A stretch of 64,000 nt of DNA, taken from Octopus bimaculoides (Eukaryota). Location of the stretch: contig NC_069003.1 in assembly GCF_001194135.2 (NCBI RefSeq), positions 31,608,639-31,672,638 on the forward strand. The letters run 5' to 3'. The notes under the pieces are model-generated. The model saw only the letters and a program-made list of their open reading frames with translations. It did no database searches and had not been told where the DNA came from. The translations under genes and the position numbers were made by a program. Every line of letters begins with the position of its first letter. Positions within the stretch are counted from its first letter, which is position 1. Positions 11,996-25,149 of the stretch are shown in pieces.

Positions 11996-13254
11996 CAAGC
12001 ACTGTGTCTCATTTTGTGAGTAAAAATATAAAATCGGCTTTTGACGTAGGCACTAAGTTTTTAAGGAGGAAATAGTTGTGTTGACACCAGTACTTGACTT
12101 GTACTTCTTTTGTCAAGTCTGGAATGATGAAAAACAGTAAAGTTGACTTGGTTAGATTAAAAACTCAGACCATAAAGAGAGATAACTAACTATTATACAG
12201 CATGGGTTTTTCGNNNNNNNNNNNNNNNNNNNNGGGGGGGGGGGGTCTGGCCTCGTATTGATTCTACCAGCTATTTTCTGAAATAATAATAATAATAATA
12301 ATAATGATGATGATGGTTTCACATTTTGGCACAAGGCTAACAATTTTCTGGGAGGAGGTAAGTCAATTACATTGACCCCAGTGCTCAACTGGTACTTATT
12401 TTATCGACCCTGAAAGAATGAAAAGCAGAGTCGACCCCAGTGGAATTTGAACTCAGAATGTAAAGATGAACGAAATGCTGCTAAGCATTTTTACTCGGCA
12501 TGCTAATACTTCTGCCAGCTCACTGCATTAATAATGATAATAATAATTCTTTCTACTATAGGTGCAAGGCCTGAAACTTTGGGGTAGGGGGTTAGTCAAT
12601 AACATCAACCTCAGTATTTGATTGGTACTTATTTCATCGACCCCTGCCAAAAAGCTAAAAGGCAAAGTCAGTCCCAGCAGCATTTAAGGTTGACTTTGTC
12701 TTCCATTCTACTATAGACACAATTTGGTGGGAGGAAACTGGGCGATTTCACCAGCCCCAGTGTTCAACTAGTGCTTATTTTATTAACCCCCAGATGCATG
12801 AAAATCAAAGTTTTAACCTTGGCACAATTTGAACTCAGAATGTAAAGAGCTGGAAGAAATACCACCGCTAAGCGCTTGTCTGGCATATAATTCTGCCAGC
12901 TCAATGGTAATAGTAATGATTTCTCTCCTTGTAACAAGGTCACACATTTGTAAAGTGGGGTCGGGTACAGATGGGTGGATCAGCTTCAGTACTTGAGTGG
13001 TTCTTGGGTAAGTCAAAGGAAATCTATTAAGACGTTAACTTACAACATAAAGGTGGTATAAGTAAAATACCACATGCTATTGTACTGTTTCCGCTATAAA
13101 ACTACCTTGTATTGGTTTGAAATTTTGGCACAAGGCCAGTAATTTCAGGGAGTGGGTATGTCAGTTACGTCAACCCCAGTGTTCAACTGGTATTTATTTT
13201 ATTGACCCTGAAAAGATGAAAGGTAAAGTCAACCTCGGCAAAATTTGAACTCAG

Positions 13255-13585
13255 AACGTGTGGCTGTGTGGTAAGAAGCTAGCTTCTCACTAGCATGGTT
13301 CCGGGTTTCAGTCCCTCCCACTGCATGGCACCTTGGGCAAGTATCTTCTACTATAGCTTCGGGCTGACCAAAGCCTTGTGAGTGGATTTGGCAGATGGAA
13401 ACTGAAAGAAGCCCATCGTGTGTATATATATATATATTTGTGTATCTGTTTGTCTCCCACACATCGCTTGGCAACCATGTTTACGTCCCCGTAACTTAAC
13501 GGTTCAGCAAAAGAGATCAATAGAATAAATACTAAACTTACAAAGAATAAGTCCTGGGGTCGATTTGTTTGACTAAAGGCGGTGC
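13255..13585 (+). mobile_element. Family A SINE
   Basis: Head, CORE-like motif, (TA)n and most of the 3' half are present. Confidence 0.8.
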
Positions 13586-16500
13586 ATTTTCTTTAAGATA
13601 GTTGGGTTTGGTTTGAGGAAGATTTAGCCACTATTTCTTGCAGACCATCAGTATTGCACGAGACAGATCACCTTGTATTTGGTTACAGCCCTTTACATTC
13701 CGAGTTCAAACCTTGCCCAGGTCATCTTTGTTATTTCATCCTTCCAAGATTGATAAAATAAATACCAAGACTACTGTACCTTTGAGTGTGGTACCTCCAG
13801 TATGGCCTCAGTCCAATGATTAAAAAAAATCAAAAACAAATAAATAATGACAAAGAATGAAAAAATAATTTAGCTTGTGGGTTAATGGTAGAAATTAATT
13901 ACACTATAGTTTTTAGTTTTTTCTTTTCTCTCCTCTCCCCACTTAACTGACACACATGTAGTTTTCAGCACAAAGGATGTATATATAATTCCAGTTGCAA
14001 AACTGGGTTACTGTAACTTTTGTATATTCACGAAGAGAGAGGTAGAGAGAGAGGGGGTTGGAAGGTTTCATGTAAATGTGAAGTTCACATATGTGGCATC
14101 TCTCACAAGTCTTATGATATTTTATTAAGTTTACTTTCTCTGCTGCCAACCGGGCTACATGTACCCTCTACCGATTGGTTGATTCCTTTAGCTTCTAGAG
14201 AAGGAAACTATATTTCCCAGATTTAATAACACTTCACAAGTACATCTTAAAACACAACAAAACCAACCAAAAGAAGAAAAAAAATTAAATAAAACTCAAA
14301 AAACAAACGAAGAATAAAGTGCCAACATAAGGCATTTTTCAAGTCTGAAATAGCAGCAGCGAAGACTATCTTAAGACTGTCTTTTGATATTCTTTCTGGA
14401 CATATATATTTTTCTGGTTCCTATTACATCCACTCCACGTGAAATTATTTACTGCGATATTTATGGATATTATTCACTGTTCCATTGTTAAGTATTTATT
14501 TCGAATTATTTCTTACTTTCTAACAGGATTCTCACATCTTGAATTTAAAGCAGTATTGTCTTCATTTTATTTATTTAATTTTTTTCTTCTTAATTTCATC
14601 TTCATTGAACTTTCCTTGTGTGTGATGTTATCAGGCATAAATAAAGCTGTTACAGTATTTCTTATCTGTTGCACACGTAATTATACAGAGGCCAATTTCG
14701 AACAAAGGACATTTATTGTTTTTATGGCAGAATCAGTATATAGCTTCATACAAAATATTTTGCGAGAGTTTGTTCTTTCATATCCGAGTTCAAATCACAC
14801 CAAGGTTAATTTTTGAAAACAAAATGGTTTTTTTTTTTTTCAATTTTTGTTTATTTGCCTTTTTTTTTTTTTCTCAGGGATTGATAAAATATTATCAATC
14901 AATAACTGGGATTGGTTTAATTAACTGTATTCACTTCCAAAATTTGTGGAATTATGCCAGCTTGTGACAGAAGTCAATTGTTTTTAATGCTCCAGTTTAG
15001 TTATTCACTTGGTAAATGCGTTTAGCATTAATAAACAAACACTATTAAAGGCCACATTTGTTTATAGTAAATACTGGATTTGTTGTGTTGTATATAAATG
15101 TTGTGTGTGTGTGTGTGTATATAGCTGTAGTCATGTAGGCTGAGTAATGTAGACTAGCTGAGAATAAAAGGGATAAAAATGAAAAGAATCTCTGAAGGAC
15201 CTGAAATTAGTGCCGACGACATTATTAAGAATTTGGTTACAATACTGAATAGTTTAGTATTGGAATTATGTAGATACGAGTATGGGTACCATATGGAGTT
15301 TGGTATTGGTGCTGTGGCTAAGTAGTAGTACTTAGATATTTAAAATAACACTTAAAATATTTAAACTACTTGTGTTTTTTATTTGAACAAGCATCAGAAA
15401 CTTAGAAAAACAATATGAATGTTGAAATAGTTTTGATAATATATTAAAGTGTTTTATTGTAAGCATCAGGGGCATGTGTGTGTTCGTGTGTGCCCACATT
15501 TCCCTAAGAATACTAGGGGCCTTTTCCGGCCGGAGGATTAGCCATGGTTGTCATGATTTACAAAGATTAACCTTGCATCGCTCCCCTCTGGATTGAAGTA
15601 CATCAGTATCACATGTGAATACACCTCCACCTCTTTGAAGGTCTGGTACTGAAATCCCGACATCTAAGTGTTTTTCTTTAGTACACACAAACAACAGTTC
15701 CTACACTGTTTCATCCTATCACCTTTTGAACCGGTCGTTGTTATGTATTTGGCCCCAGTGGGGTGGGTTGCAATTTATTTGATCCCGCAGTGTAGAGGAT
15801 CTAGTGTGTGACTCTTTAAAGCAGTTATTTCTCTAAACACTTTTTTTGTGTGTGGCACACTTTAGAACAAATAAAAATATTTCCGTGTACTTAACATGCA
15901 AAGTGAAACGAAAATGCATTTATAAAAGACAATTATATATTTAAACTTATATATATATGAATAATTATAACTACAAAAAAATTAAGAAATGGAATGTGGT
16001 TACTAAAATTTAATATTTAAATTTCAATTTGTATTTTTCACATATTTTAAACATAATTCTGTTGTTTTCACAGTACACACAACTCAGTAGTACATTGGTA
16101 CACACCAGTGTACAATGACTCAGTGTGTTATGGTGCACCAGCATGTCACGGTATACCAGTATGCCATGGTAGTGCACCAAATCCCTGTTTCAAAGAACTG
16201 ATTTTACCTAGCTGAATGTGTAATGATATATGCTTTCATTAGTAAGATTTCTCATAGTTATCTGCTACTGATATCTGCTTGTTTCAAGAAAATGTAAGGG
16301 TTAACCCTTTTGCATTCAGACTACTCTGTCAAATGTAATGCTCACTTATTCATTTATTATCTCGTAGCTTCAAGGTTTAGATGACGCAATTGTTTATTTT
16401 TAGAATGACATTTGGCGGTTAGGTGTGAGAGGCCAGTTCTGGCTGTTGAAAACAGAATAAACATTAAAGGAATCGAATATTTGGGCTGGAATGGCCAGTT

Positions 16501-16643
16501 TTAAAAGCTAAAGGATTAAAGTCATTAAACTGCCCTTCCTGAGATTAGTTTAACCCTTTTGAAACCACCAACCCACCTAAGACCATTCATGGTTCCATGA
16601 TAACAAATGTCCTCTTTTAAAGCAAAGAACTATAACCAATATC

Positions 16644-16858
16644 ATCATCATCATCATTGTTTAACGTCCGCTTTCCATGCTAGCATGGGTTGGACGATTT
16701 GACTGAGGACTGGTGAAACCAGATGGCTACACCAGTCTCCATTCTGATTTGGCAGAGTTTCTACAGCTGGATGCCCTTCCTAACGCCAACCACTCAGAGA
16801 GTGTAGTGGGTGCTTTTACGTGTCACCCGCACGAAGGCCAGTCAGGCAGTACTGGCAA
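16644..16858 (-). mobile_element. Family C element
   Basis: Reverse complement of the 21430-21642 copy with about 8 mismatches over ~200 nt (hand count). Confidence 0.8.
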
Positions 16859-18445
16859 TTGCACATAATTTTTAGCAAAATCTTATATTGGAAACCAGTT
16901 GAGAATCATTGGTCTAATGGTTCTTCCTTTCTTTCTTTTAGATAAGGTGTGGTCTGAGAAGTCTAGGTACTATTTCTTGCAAGTTGAGTAATCATATAGA
17001 GAAATTTGAAATATCTCTCTTACACTCCACACTATTTATGGATTTTTGTAAAATACAATGGTACCAATTCTAAGTTGTTTTTATCACAGTCTTAAAAAAA
17101 ATGGAATTATTTGATTTTCCCCGAGAAAGAAGAGAATTCTGATGTTTTGACCAGGACCCTCTGTCACTCCTCCGACAAAGGGCTCTGCTTGAAATATCAA
17201 CCCTATCTTCTTTCTTACTGCAAAACAACTTTTATTTCCTTTTATGAACTGTCAGTACTCCATTTACTGATGCAGACCATTACTAGTCTCCTCCAATTCA
17301 ACTGTTAGACATTACTTCAATCATTCCTATGACAGTTGTTGATAATCTGTCTTTAAAAAAACTGTCAGATTGTGTAGTGAATATGGTACATGGATTGACG
17401 ATAATTTGTCATTCATTTTCTCCTTCCCCTCCTTGGCCTTGTCAGTGTCTCTGTATCATTGTCTGGGAAGCCATTGGTGGTGAGACTTTGGTTATAGTCC
17501 TCTTGTATTTCTCCTAAAATGTCTCTTCATCTCTCTCTCTCTCTCACACACACGCAACTGTCACCTATTGCTCCCTGCAACATCACTCCACACAGACTGG
17601 CTCGGCCACAACACTGCCAATCTTGAACTTACACTAGACAGCTTTATCACAATATTAACAATGGTAATAATGTAATATTTAATTATGGTAGGAATAAGTT
17701 AAGCAAGTGTAGACATAAGTATGTTGGTCCAGAGAGGCCATATACCCCATCACCGTTATACACTCACATATTGACATGTAAGGAACCAGGAGCCAAATGG
17801 TACCACACTTGTACAGACTCTTCACAATATATGATTTAGTTATATGTCAAGTTCTCAAAATGTCACTGAGAAAATTCTTTAAGGAGTCATCAACTTGCTA
17901 GAGATAGCAGCCAGATCTTACTTAAATCATACCCCACCTTTTTATTAATGGCAACATAGCTATTGTAGTTCTAAATGTCATTTAAAAAGACAGGATGGTC
18001 ATGGGTGGAATGCCTTTGTGTAGGTTTGTTTAATCAGGTTCATGTGAGACTAAGCAACTGTTACTTTTTTTTTTTTTTAACTTCACTTGAAATTCATTAT
18101 GTTGCTTTGTTTAGCCCTAGGTCAGTTCCAGTCTCCCTTGGAACTATGATCAAAGCATTTTAGATATTCAGACATAGTATATCATTTATATATTGTTTCA
18201 GTCATTGGACTGTGGCCATAAATGTGGCCAAATAAATCAACCTCTAGTCAAACTACCAAGTTTCATATACAAACATTATTTGTGAAGCAGTGGGTGGGTT
18301 TCCATCTTTCAAATTCACTCACAAGGCATTGGTTGGTCCAGAGCTGTAATAGAAGACACCTGCTCCTGAAAGTTGGAACTCTTGTAATCTTTGGCAACAA
18401 TTCTGAAGAAATGTTCTTTTACATTTGAAAGGCACAAAGCTTTCA

Positions 18446-18800
18446 ATTGTTACCTCTGCCTGTTTCCAAGTGTGTTTGTTTGTTTGTCTGTGGACAAGAT
18501 ATCTCAAGAACCGCTGGATGGATTTGGATGAAACTTTCAGGGATGTTTGGCTTCATGACTGGCACGAACATATTAGATTTTGGAATCAATCCGGTTCCAG
18601 TCAAGGATTCTGAATTATTTTTCCGTTTTTTTTTTTTACTTAATTTTTGAGAGTGGTCAGGTTCATTTTTAGTATTCTCATTTGTGAGAGCAGTCGAGTT
18701 TATTTCAGATATTCTCATTTTAAAAATCATCTCCAGCTAATCATTGAAAGGATATTGGTGTTGCCTTGACAGTGGTTTGCGCTCTCTGAGTGCTCGTTTT
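18446..18800 (+). mobile_element. Helentron/HINE-like non-autonomous element
   Basis: Starts TTGTTACCTCTGCC, (GTTT)n-GTCT microsatellite, GATTTGGATGAAACTTTCAGG, ends GGTTTGCGCTCTCTGAGTGC; this architecture is recalled for Helentron-derived repeats. Confidence 0.55.
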
Positions 18801-20718
18801 TTTTCTTTTATTTTGTTATTGTTTGGCCCCAGTTCAGCCCTAATCAAGCAAATCTATGATTAAAGGTATTCTTTCAATAACTACCCTGTATTCGAATTTC
18901 AGCAATTCATATACAGTGCTGCCATCTTTAAGTTGGTGGGGCTATGATTTGAGGGTGGTTTGGCTGCTGTATCTAAGTTGTGCGATTTCATAGATGAGTC
19001 ATGGGCAAACTGCAGCCCACAGGACTTTCTGAATGGCATGCCTAATGAAAAATTACCTTGAATTCTTTTTTAACAGTGCATCCTGCCTGGTGTTTTGCCA
19101 TGTTTCATGTGGCTTGCTTCACAAAAAGGGTTGCTTATGTGTGTATTAGACACTGCTTTGCTTGTTTGAGTTATCACTGTTATTTCAGAAGGATATCATG
19201 TAGAGAAGGTTTTTTCAAGGTTAAATAATGAGGAGGAAATAAGGAAGTTTGTGAAATAATAGTTGGAAGGGCAGGGGTTGAGAAAACATTGAAGAGCGTT
19301 TGTAAAAACGATGAATGGGGCTTGCAAAATGACTAAGGTTTTGTGGAAACAAATGAAGTTTGTAAAAATGAAACAACCAAGCAACTGTTTATGACAATGT
19401 TTCATAAGCTACTTCCTGTAGTAAGGACGACACTACGTCATTAATTTAGCGTCTTTAATGAATCAGTGGATACTAATCGTTACCTTAACCCCTTTTAGTT
19501 ACCATATTTCTGTTGAAATACATTGCCTTCGTTTAAAGTAATTTTGAAAATAATGAAAAATTTATGGAAGTAATTTAGTTGTTTTGATAAAAACTTGAAG
19601 TGTGGTGGTGGAGGATGGAGTGTCAGTTTTGGGCAGGTGGGTATTAAAAGGGTTAAACTATGGCAAATCAAAATGAAAAGTTTTAAAACTGATTATCTCT
19701 CCAGCTTTGTCCATGTCAGAAGCAATTTTATAAATTATTTATTTAATGTTTTGTTTCGTCTGTCCTTTGTTAGACATATTTTGTGATTGTTGTTTATATA
19801 TAATATTTCATCTCCCAACCAAGGACATTATACCTCTGGAGTTTTTGCCATTAACTGAATTGTTTTACATATTTAATGGTTTGAATTTTTCAAATTGTTG
19901 ATTTCTTTGGGTTTTTTTATCACAATTGCATTGGGGTTTTCGTTTTGTTTTAATCTCAAGATTATAGGTTTGTAATCACACTTTTTTGTTGTTGTTCCTG
20001 TTGCTTTCATGGCGGAAGTGATTGACAGAATTAGTGGATTGATTTGTCATTGTTCTGCGTCTTAAGGAATAATTTTAGCAGATTTACAGCGATTAAACAT
20101 CACTGCCACCACCTTCAACATCAACAAACAACAGTATTGCTGCCATCACAACTGCTGCTGTGGCATACCTTGCATAAATGCAACAAAAACAGAATTTCTG
20201 AAGAAAAAAACCAAAAAAAAAACCCAAACAATCCATTAAGCTCCCTAATCCATCCCTTTTGATCTCGCCAATATAGATTTACATAGACACTAAAATAGCT
20301 TCCGTATCAGAGGACAATGAATGGACTTTAAAAGAAAATATGTTTTAATCAAATTCCCTTCTACTCAGCTTTAAATTTAAATAGTTAACCCAATAAAGGG
20401 TTTAATTTAGCAGGGATTTATATAGCTGCAGTCAATTGTCCTGCAGATTAAATAATTATATCTTTCTGATATAGCTGAGATTAAAATATTGAGTGTTACT
20501 GAGATCTGTTGTTTTGTTCATCCTGTTTTGATTGGAAGATGAAATTATGATAGTAATACATTGTTAGTGTAAAGGTATTTTATTATACCTGTCTTGTTGC
20601 TCTGCATTGATCTACTATAAAGATTTCATTATCTGCAGAGCAGTCAGCCTGATCTGATTGCGACAAGATTCTCCAGCTCTGTTTTATTTCAATAACACTG
20701 CAGCACGTCTTCTCTGCA

Positions 20719-20854
20719 ATGGGTGCTTCATTGTCCAGTTACAAGGGGAAAAAATCCTGCCTGCGTCATAAACTAAAGTGTTATATTATCAAGAGAATGG
20801 GTGTGTTTGCGGATGCTTCTAAGGTTTCTAAAATTGAACCAGAAACTGTTACAA
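20719..20854 (+). CDS. Probable first coding exon of a cytohesin isoform (MGASLSSYKGKKSCLRHKLKCYIIKRMGVFADASKVSKIEPETVT)
   Basis: 45 codons + 1 nt in non-repetitive sequence, ending at AA|GTGAGT. Phase 1 joins exon 39800 in frame (..ETVT-N-LTEDE..). Second in-frame ATG at 20797. Possible upstream 5'UTR intron around 20576-20638. Confidence 0.6.
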
Positions 20855-21349
20855 GTGAGTATATTTTATACTGTTCATCACTAATCAGTCATCTTTTGTC
20901 ATCCAGTTGCTTCTAGTCATATTTCCTTGTCTTCGTCTCTTGAAACTAACCTTTCACTCTTTAGCATTTAAACTAGCCATATCCAGCCCAAATATTCTAT
21001 TTGTTCTATGGCCCAACAAGCCAGATCCAGCTTCTCACACCTACCCTACAATGTCTTCCTAAGAATTAACAATCACATTATTGAAATCTCAAAGCTACAA
21101 GACAATGTATGATTAATAATAAAAACAATGTGTATACATAAATATTGCATTTGACAGACTAATCTGAATACTAAAGGGTTAATCCAAGAGGTGGTGGGGG
21201 AATCAGTAAAATTGGTAGAGCTACATACAAAGTGTCTTGTAGTATTTAATTAAAACATCATTTTTTAAATTTTACTTATTTAAGATGCTAAGCTGTAATT
21301 TAAGGGAGATTTGGTTGCTATTTCTTGCCGGTTAAGTGACTATGTAAAA

Positions 21350-21642
21350 TCTACGAGACCGTTGCCAGTGCCCCTGGACTGGCTCTTGTGCGGGTGGCAC
21401 ATAAAATACACCATTTCGAGCATGGCTGTTGCCAGTACCTCCTGACTGGCTTTCGTGCCGGTGGCATGTAAAAGCACCCACTACACTCTCTGAGTGGTTG
21501 GCGTTAGGAAGGGCATCCAGCTGTAGAAACTCTGCCAAATCAGATTGGAGCCTGGTGTAGCCATCTGGTTTCACCAGTCCTCAGTCAAATCGTCCAACCC
21601 ATGCTAGCATGGAAAGCGGACGTTAAACAATGATGATGATGA
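21350..21642 (+). mobile_element. Short retroelement with (GAT)n tail (family C, RTE-tail-like)
   Basis: ..GGAAGGGCATCCAGCTGTAGAAACTCTGCC..GCGGACGTTAAACAATGATGATGATGAT. Near-identical copies at 16644-16858 (-) and 38452-38676 (+). Confidence 0.8.
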
Positions 21643-22940
21643 TTGGCTGAGGTTTGTTTGTCTATTTTGTTTGTTGTTCAAATGTTGCCAAAGTTAACTT
21701 CATTTTCCATTTTTCTGGGTTGTTACTAAAATAACTACTAGTCATGTGTTGGGACTGATTCAGACAATTACACCCACTTCCCCCAAATGTGCCACAAAAA
21801 CAAAACAAAAACAATCATTATTGTGAGTAGTGGATACTAAATAGGAGTCATTTCAGTTTGTGCTACTCCCTCCACTACGAATATGTCCTTGTACTAAAAC
21901 AATAAACCAATATTTGGAGAATTGTAATTTGTTAACAGACATTAAAGTGTCAGGGTGTTCTCTTTCTCTGTTCCGATTTCAAATTTCACCAAACATCTTA
22001 GCTTAAAACTTCTCCTCCTTGGTTCCTTAGTAGATAAACTAAATACCAGTAGTATATTTATTTAAAACTTTTGTCACCATATTTCTATTGAAATAGACTG
22101 CCCTTGTTTCAATTAATTTTGAAAATAAAGGAAAATTTATTTATATAACTTCATTATAAGCTGAAAATTTATTAAAATAACTTCATTATTAAGCTGAAGT
22201 TTGTATTATAGAACCAAGGGTGATCTCTCTGGTGGGTTGGTACCAAAAGGGTTAATTTATTGCAGTATATTCGCTCGCTCACTCACCCATCCCCATGCAC
22301 ACACACACACACTCATGAACACAATTATAATACAGAGTTCTCATAAAAGAGACTTACATGTGCATATTAGGTATATGTGTAGTTTTCATCTCAAGATAGT
22401 TGGATGAGGAAATGTATTGTCCATATCCTTAGCAGGCCCATCTGCTAAGGATGTGTGTGTTTAATAGGGTGATGCAAAAGACTTTCCATTCTAGATTCAA
22501 TCACTTAGGATCTTTTCTTTTTTTTTTTTTTGCCTTGTGGGGACCCATCTTGACTCTTTTGTTATCATATTGCTGTGGAGATATACTCTGTTTGTTTCAA
22601 TTTATTTTGAAAATAAAGTAGAATTCAGTGAAATAACTAAAGCTGGTGTTTGGCACATAAACTAAAAAAAAGGATATTTTACTGAAACATTTAAATTTAG
22701 AACACTTTAAACAGGGAGTTTGTATTATAAGCACTATGGATAATTTTGGGCGGTTTGGTATCAAAATGATTAAAGAGTTTAATTATACAGGCTCCAAACA
22801 TTCCAAAAAATTCTGACATATGATACATCCATTACATCATATCTATTATAAGTTATGATGAGACTCTGACCTAAAAAAGGTTTCAAGTCCATGAAATTGA
22901 AAATGAAAGACTTCTTTCTAGATGCTAATGTTCCACAGGA

Positions 22941-23140
22941 GGCGCAATGGCCCAGTGGTTACAGCAGCGGACTCGTGGTCATAGGATCGCGGTTTCGATT
23001 CCCAGACCGGGCGTTGTGAGTGTTTATTGAGCGAAAGCACCTAAAGCTCCACGAGGCTCCAACAGGGGATGGTGGCGAACCCTGCTGTACTCTTTCACCA
23101 CAACTTTCTCTCACTCTTACTTCCTGTTTCTGTTGTGCCA
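22941..23140 (+). mobile_element. tRNA-derived SINE, separate family
   Basis: GGCGCAATGGCCCAGTGG (A box) .. GGTTTCGATTCCC (B box), followed by a non-tRNA body; CpG-rich. Confidence 0.7.
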
Positions 23141-24568
23141 TTGCACCTCCACTGTCCACAATCTATACGTACGTACATATATATATACATGTGTGTGAGT
23201 CATTTTGTGTGCCTCTCACCACTGCTTGACAACCAGTGTTGATTTGTTTGTCCTTGTAGCTTAGTGGTTTGGCAAAAGTGATGGTTAGAATAAGTGCCAG
23301 CCTTAAAAAATAAGCACTGGGGTCAATTTATTCAACTAAAACCCTTCAAGGCAGTGCCCCAGAATGGCTGTTGTCTAATGACTGAAACAGGTAAAAGATG
23401 AAATATAACTTGTGTGTGTGTGTGTGTGTTTTGACTAATACTATAATATGGAATTTATCTCCTACTCCTACCACCACAAACCTTTCAGATAGATACAAGC
23501 CTTAATGGTTTTATAATGTAGAATTAGAGTGTTGGACTAAAAGCATTGCATTGTTTAGTTGCTTCCTTTCATAATCAAGAGTGATTTTGTCTTTCCTCTT
23601 CCTGGGGGTCAGTAAATTAAAGTACTGGGAAGGGTTGTGTCAATTTAATCAATTATATCTCACCCACCACCACCACCGCAAATTTGTAGCCATCTGACTG
23701 TATCCCTAATTATTTTTGTCCTCTTTGCCTTTCTGATTTTCTCATTAGTTTGATATTTGGATATCTTCAATTGTTGTGGAACATCTAAGGTGGTTGCAGC
23801 ATGTGGGAGCCAGTTGTGATATATTTGTGTCGTTCGTTTGTAAAAGGAGTGAGTTGTGATATTTGCTTCATTCCCTTGGTATTCTGTTAATTCAAATCGC
23901 ACCAGGAGGGAGAGCAGTGGCTTCAAACTGGTTGTTTTACATCTGAAAAAAATTATAGAAGAATAATTAATGTGGTTTGGTAATAAATAGTTAACAATTC
24001 ATGTTATTAATTAGAATTAGTAAGGCAGCAAACTGGCAGAACCAGCTGCATGCTGGACAAAATGTTTAGTGGTACTTCGTCCATCTGTATGTTCTGGAAC
24101 TCAGACTCCACCGAGGTCACTTTTATCTTTCATCCTTTCAGGGTTGATAAAATAAGTATCAGTTAATCAGCTTCCCCCTCACCTCGAAAATTGCTGACCC
24201 TGTGCCAAAATTTGAAACCATTAATTAGAATTATTGCTTTTTTTCATTTGATCTTACATTTGCTTGAGACAGTTGATAATTCTCAATCTCTGTCTTCTCT
24301 ATATTCTGGCTGTAAATCCATATTCAATAGACACATGATTAAAGTCATTCCAGATATGACCACCACAGTATTTGTTTATCTACACAGTGTATTCACTTAC
24401 ATCAATTGCTTTAGAGGTTTTTTTTTTTAAAGATGATAAGATGTAATTTAAAGGAGATTCAGCTGCTATTTCTAGCTACTTAGAGCCCTTGATGTCTAAA
24501 TTTGTAGCTAGTGGGCACGATATTTATAGTATTAATATTAATGGTGTTGATGCCTGTCATCTCTCCTT

Positions 24569-24626
24569 ATGTTCCCTATAGTTACCCTGTTTATAATAAC
24601 CGATATGTGTATTCTGGGTGTGCTAG
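24569..24626 (+). CDS. Candidate alternative first exon (MFPIVTLFIITDMCILGVL)
   Basis: ATG to AG|GTAAGC, 19 codons + G, phase 1; restores the conserved D of DLT on joining exon 39800. No homology support. Confidence 0.25.
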
Positions 24627-25110
24627 GTAAGCGCTGCTCATCCACCAAAGATAGTAAATTATTTTTATAATTCTGTTCTTGCGGTTGTATCATGATATCA
24701 TCTGGTCGTAATTTGCTTTCAAATCTAATAATACACAGATACTCTGAAACAAAGATTAAGGCAGGTTGAAGCGGTGTTGTGTACAGAAATAGCCAAGAGT
24801 TTCTATGTTTGTAGTTATACCAGAGTAGCAGGTTTATCCCTTCTGTGTCAACAACCACCATACAGTATTGCTAGTATCCCCTCCAAACATGGATATGAAA
24901 GGGGGGAAGAAGAAAAAAAACTACACTATTTTGCTTGACATTATCTTTAAAATTTACTGTCAAAAAAAAAAAAGCAAAAAAAATTTCTTCACTGACTTTC
25001 AACCACATGGTTCTGGGTTCAGTTCCACTGTGTGGGCACCTTGGGCAAGTGTCTTCAACTATAGCTGACAAAAGCCTTGCGAGTGGATTTGATAGATGGA
25101 NNNNNNNNNN

Positions 25111-25149
<39 letters not shown>

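Noticed and set aside
15180-15325. 48-codon ORF MKRISEGPEISADDIIKNLVTILNSL..
   Set aside because: No recognisable family and no strong phase-1 donor.
17300-17870. Minus-strand fragments faintly like Penelope RT (LTTNGFP)
   Set aside because: Too degraded to assign by eye; would need a profile search.
22941-23015. tRNA-like sequences here and at 27953, 54447 and 57463
   Set aside because: They continue into shared SINE bodies and lack a closing acceptor stem, so they are SINE heads rather than tRNA genes.
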